Of a stretch of DNA of 64,000 nucleotides, positions 60,843 through 64,000 are shown piece after piece. Each line of letters starts with the position of its first letter. The stretch's first letter is position 1. The stretch spans positions 544,001 to 608,000 of the forward strand of contig OZ244744.1 in NCBI GenBank assembly GCA_965219455.1. Reading direction: 5' to 3'. The stretch comes from Candidatus Latescibacterota bacterium. Lineage in GTDB: Bacteria > Latescibacterota > UBA2968 > GCA-2709665. The position numbers and the translations under genes are program-made. Below the pieces are notes generated by a model. The model did not search any database, was not told the DNA's origin, and saw nothing but the letters and a program-made list of their open reading frames with translations.

Positions 60843-62799
60843 TGCCCAACTCCCCGTAGTCCGGCACTTCCAACCCGCAATAGATCCGGCATACGGCGTC
60901 TGCCACCCTGTCCGGATTGTGGCTGATAAAGTCTCCCGCACGGCGGCTCTTCACCTCAGACGTATAGTCCTCCAGAAGATCCGTAACCGTGCAGGTTACC
61001 AGACGACGGATCTCATCGGGATCGCACGACACGGGTTCTTTGCCATCGTTAAGGTAGGCATTCAACACCCGCCGCCATTCCCGGCCTCCGGGCCGGTGGA
61101 ATGCTTCCGGATCCTGCACAAGCATGTGGTCCAGGAAGCCGTTATGCCTTTCCTGGAAGTGGCGCAGGATGGCGCGGAGATGATCCGATGCGCTAAATCT
61201 GTCGGTCTGCCCCGGCTGGGTCACAATGTTGCAGACGTAGAAGGTCTTTCCGTGGTGACGGGCGCACAGGGCCCGCCTGATGTCCGGAACGAGCAGATTC
61301 GTAATCACGCTCGTGAACAGGCTGCCGGGGCCGAGCACGACAATGTCCGCGTCCGCGATGGCCTGCACGGCGCCACGCGGCGCACGGGCTTCGTTCCTGG
61401 CAGGGCAAAATTCCATTCCGGGCCTGCCGTGAACCTCGACCTGGCCCGTTTGGGAATCGTCTTTTCGATAGAGGGCGCCGTCCGAATGTTGCAATTCCCG
61501 AAGGATCTCGCTGTTGGCGACAAGGTACGCGTGTTTCAAAGGGGGTTTGCCGGTCTTGCGCACCATCCACTCTGTATACCGCTGTTCGCCATTCTCGAGT
61601 TCGGCGCAAATGTCCACGTTCTGGTTGGTGGCGGGAAAGACCTCCCCGCGTATACGCAGCATATCGCCGGCTGTCTGGATGGCTTTCTGGAAATCCCCGA
61701 GCTGCTGGGTTAACGCGGCGATCAGGAAGTTGCCAATATTGTCGTTTCGGAAGATCCCGGCTTCCCGCTCACTATCCGGAAACCTGTGTTGGAAAACCCG
61801 GGTGAGTCCATGGGAGACCCGCCGCCGATCGGCGAGCGCGGTGAGTGCGTTGCGGATGTCGCCGGGCGGTTGCACACCCAGATTCCAGCGTATGCGCCCC
61901 GATGACGCCCCGGTGTCGGTAACCGCCACCACGGCCGTGGGGCTGTCCGTATAGGTCTGGATGCCGCGCAACACGATGGGAAGCCCGGTGCCGCCGCCGA
62001 GCGCGGCCACTTTCAGCCGACGCCGGTCCTTGTCCATTCGGGCCAAATGGATCAGGGTTGACAACTGAGGGAGGAGCCGGATCTGGTGGGTTGGCCTGTC
62101 GCCCTCTCCGGGTTCTTCCTCGGCGTATCTTCCACGTCGCATCCAGACCGTTGTACATCCGAGACGGTTGCCCGCCCGGATCTCATCCTTAGCCCGGTCG
62201 CCCACGCAGACAACTTCCTCGGGAGAGAATTTATGGTCTTTGATGAGCTCGGCGAACCAGTAGTCGTGAGAAGGCGGACCCTGGTTGACAATTCTGTGGA
62301 AATAGGGCGCAATGTTCAGAAGGTCAATCTTGTTTTTCTGCCGTAGAGTTCTTCCGAATGTTACCAGAAAAAGCTGGCAGCCCGCGCCGCGAAGTTCCTG
62401 GAGGGTCAGGACCGCGCCTGGAAAAAGCTTAACATCTTCAACGGCCTCGCTGTTGTATACGTATTCGAGCTCCGCCACGAAGGCTTCGATGGAATCGGTG
62501 TCTTCCAGGCTTCGATGGTTGGGACGCTGTCTGTTGATATAGGCGGCGAGTCGATCGGGTTTGTCGCGCTGGAGGGCTTTTGCGATGTCGTAGAAGGCGA
62601 AATAATACGGAGACGAAGAATAATACGGCCCATGCCGCAGTTCCAGGTCGTTGATTCGGCTGAGGGCGTAGGATTCGGAGGCGAAAAATCCATGGACGTA
62701 CAGATGGCGGGCGACCCGTTTTCGGGCGGCCTGAACCAGTGGATCCAGATCGAAGAGCGTACCGTCCAGATCGAAAATGATCGCGCGGGTGTTTTTCAT
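60823..62799 (-). CDS. HAD hydrolase fused to a YvcK/GlmR (CofD-like) domain
   Basis: N-terminal FDLDGTL...VGDR; C-terminal ALGGGTGL, DTGASSGRIR, PPGDIRN, LGPGSLFTSV, NIVTQPGQT. Confidence 0.85.
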   Translation of the reverse strand: MKNTRAIIFDLDGTLFDLDPLVQAARKRVARHLYVHGFFASESYALSRINDLELRHGPYYSSSPYYFAFYDIAKALQRDKPDRLAAYINRQRPNHRSLEDTDSIEAFVAELEYVYNSEAVEDVKLFPGAVLTLQELRGAGCQLFLVTFGRTLRQKNKIDLLNIAPYFHRIVNQGPPSHDYWFAELIKDHKFSPEEVVCVGDRAKDEIRAGNRLGCTTVWMRRGRYAEEEPGEGDRPTHQIRLLPQLSTLIHLARMDKDRRRLKVAALGGGTGLPIVLRGIQTYTDSPTAVVAVTDTGASSGRIRWNLGVQPPGDIRNALTALADRRRVSHGLTRVFQHRFPDSEREAGIFRNDNIGNFLIAALTQQLGDFQKAIQTAGDMLRIRGEVFPATNQNVDICAELENGEQRYTEWMVRKTGKPPLKHAYLVANSEILRELQHSDGALYRKDDSQTGQVEVHGRPGMEFCPARNEARAPRGAVQAIADADIVVLGPGSLFTSVITNLLVPDIRRALCARHHGKTFYVCNIVTQPGQTDRFSASDHLRAILRHFQERHNGFLDHMLVQDPEAFHRPGGREWRRVLNAYLNDGKEPVSCDPDEIRRLVTCTVTDLLEDYTSEVKSRRAGDFISHNPDRVADAVCRIYCGLEVPDYGELGNGSAPD

Positions 62800-62960
62800 G
62801 GATGTCGATTGGGAGGGGGCGTGGCCATGCAGATGGGGGGAGACGGAAACAGCGGGTTTCGCGGACCATCCACGGACGATCACGTCGAATGTGAGAATGT
62901 ATTGTTAACAGGCTGCTTATGCAAGGCATTTTTCATCATTCCAATGGTGGCGAGACGAAA

Positions 62961-63740
62961 ATGGACGCTTTCAAACGCTTACTTCAATCCCTCCGGGAAT
63001 CCGTACTCGGGTTCGTATACCCCCCGCACTGTCTGCTGTGCCGAACGCCGCTGGACGAATCAGACGGTCTATGCCACGCGTGCTGGGAGACACTGGGCAT
63101 CATCAATGGCCCGCGGTGCGGCCGTTGCGGATGTCCCGGGCATTCCTATCCATGCGTGAACTGCGCGGACAAGGATTTCGTATTTTCCCGGTTGTATGCG
63201 CTCACGCCGTTCAGTCAATCGGTGCAGCGTCTGGTTCACATGTTGAAATACCAGGGCCAGACCGTCGCCGGTCAGACCCTGGGCCGTGCATTGGGGCGGA
63301 TGCTGGCGGGTGAACCGCTTACGGCGGCCCGGCCGGTCGTGGTGCCCGTGCCCCTTCACGGGAGCAGGCTGCGGGAACGGGGCTACAACCAGAGTGTGTT
63401 GATTGCCCGGGCCCTGGCACGGGTGATGGATGTGTCCGTTGAGGAACGGGCGCTGAAGCGTGTACGTGCCACGGACACCCAGACGACCCTGGATTCGGCG
63501 GAACGCGGCGCGAATATGGAAGGGGCCTTCCGCGGACGCCGGAACGATCTGGTCAGAGACCGCCAGGTTCTGCTCGTGGACGATGTGGTTACCACGGGGG
63601 CCACGGCCAATGCATGCGCCGCGGCGCTGCTGGAAGCGGGCGCATCCGAAGTCGTCGTGGCGGCCTTGGCATGTCCGTACTTTGACGCGAAAAAAACGGG
63701 TGCCAGGGTGGACGACCCGGGCTCCCACCTTTTCATCTAA
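62961..63740 (+). CDS. comF: ComF-family phosphoribosyltransferase-like competence protein
   Basis: Zn-ribbon CxxC pairs, VPVPLH..RLRERGYNQS, LLVDDVVTTGAT. Confidence 0.9.
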   Translation: MDAFKRLLQSLRESVLGFVYPPHCLLCRTPLDESDGLCHACWETLGIINGPRCGRCGCPGHSYPCVNCADKDFVFSRLYALTPFSQSVQRLVHMLKYQGQTVAGQTLGRALGRMLAGEPLTAARPVVVPVPLHGSRLRERGYNQSVLIARALARVMDVSVEERALKRVRATDTQTTLDSAERGANMEGAFRGRRNDLVRDRQVLLVDDVVTTGATANACAAALLEAGASEVVVAALACPYFDAKKTGARVDDPGSHLFI

Positions 63741-63776
63741 CGCGTTGATTCCAAACACTTTGACAAAAAAAACAGC

Positions 63777-63805
63777 TTGACACTAAGCGAGGGATGTCTT
63801 AAATT
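63777..63805 (+). promoter_or_regulatory. Putative sigma70 promoter for a gene beyond the window
   Basis: TTGACA (63777-63782), 17 nt, TAAATT (63800-63805). Confidence 0.45.
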
Positions 63806-63952
63806 TACTCTTTCCCAACCGGTAGTTTTTCGGGTAGGAAGCCGTGCAAACGGACCCCATCCGTGCGACAATTCATGCGTTACAATCGGACCTCGTGTTC
63901 TGTCCCGGAAATAGATTGCCTAAATTCGGCCGCGGAGTCGCCCGGCTGGCAT

Positions 63953-63993
63953 CCCTTCGACAAGCTCAGGGCGGCGCCTTCGACAGGCTCAGG
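63953..63993 (+). repeat. Tandem CTTCGACARGCTCAGG repeat units
   Basis: CCCTTCGACAAGCTCAGGG (63953-63971) and CCTTCGACAGGCTCAGG (63977-63993); may continue past the window end. Confidence 0.65.
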
Positions 63994-64000
63994 AACCGGC

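Overview
GC-rich bacterial chromosome segment. The lptE-like gene suggests a diderm host; the mix of DUF6784-like, PhyH, NHL, amidohydrolase and heparinase-like genes is reminiscent of uncultured Latescibacterota/Gemmatimonadota-like lineages (inference only). Bases 1-23013 and 50934-64000 hold housekeeping and metabolic genes: tRNA-Leu(CAG), an archaeal/eukaryal-type pheS-pheT operon under a complete Phe T-box, a form II coxSLMG cluster, an RND permease, cysK, radC, comF and a HAD-YvcK fusion. Bases ~23014-50900 are an accessory/defence region: type I R-M (HsdR plus fused HsdM-HsdS), AlbA, DUF3644, FRG-TPR, HEPN-like and SIR2 genes, TA modules, two IS1380 elements, two apparently identical group II introns and a probable AhpD-like selenoprotein. 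The most striking signal is a family of about 19 short 9-nt-periodic arms (CATGGAT-nn-CAGGAT-nnn-CAGGATAAA and its reverse complement), seen only in the accessory region. The arms form inverted pairs around 200-360 bp spacers, supply the start codon of a GxxExxY PD-(D/E)XK-family gene, sit beside duplicated ends of flanking genes, and are the exact insertion site of both group II introns, whose EBS1 loop is complementary to the arm. This looks like a REP/RAYT-analogous, GxxExxY-associated repeat and cassette-accretion system parasitised by a repeat-targeting intron. All calls were made by eye; no database search was run.
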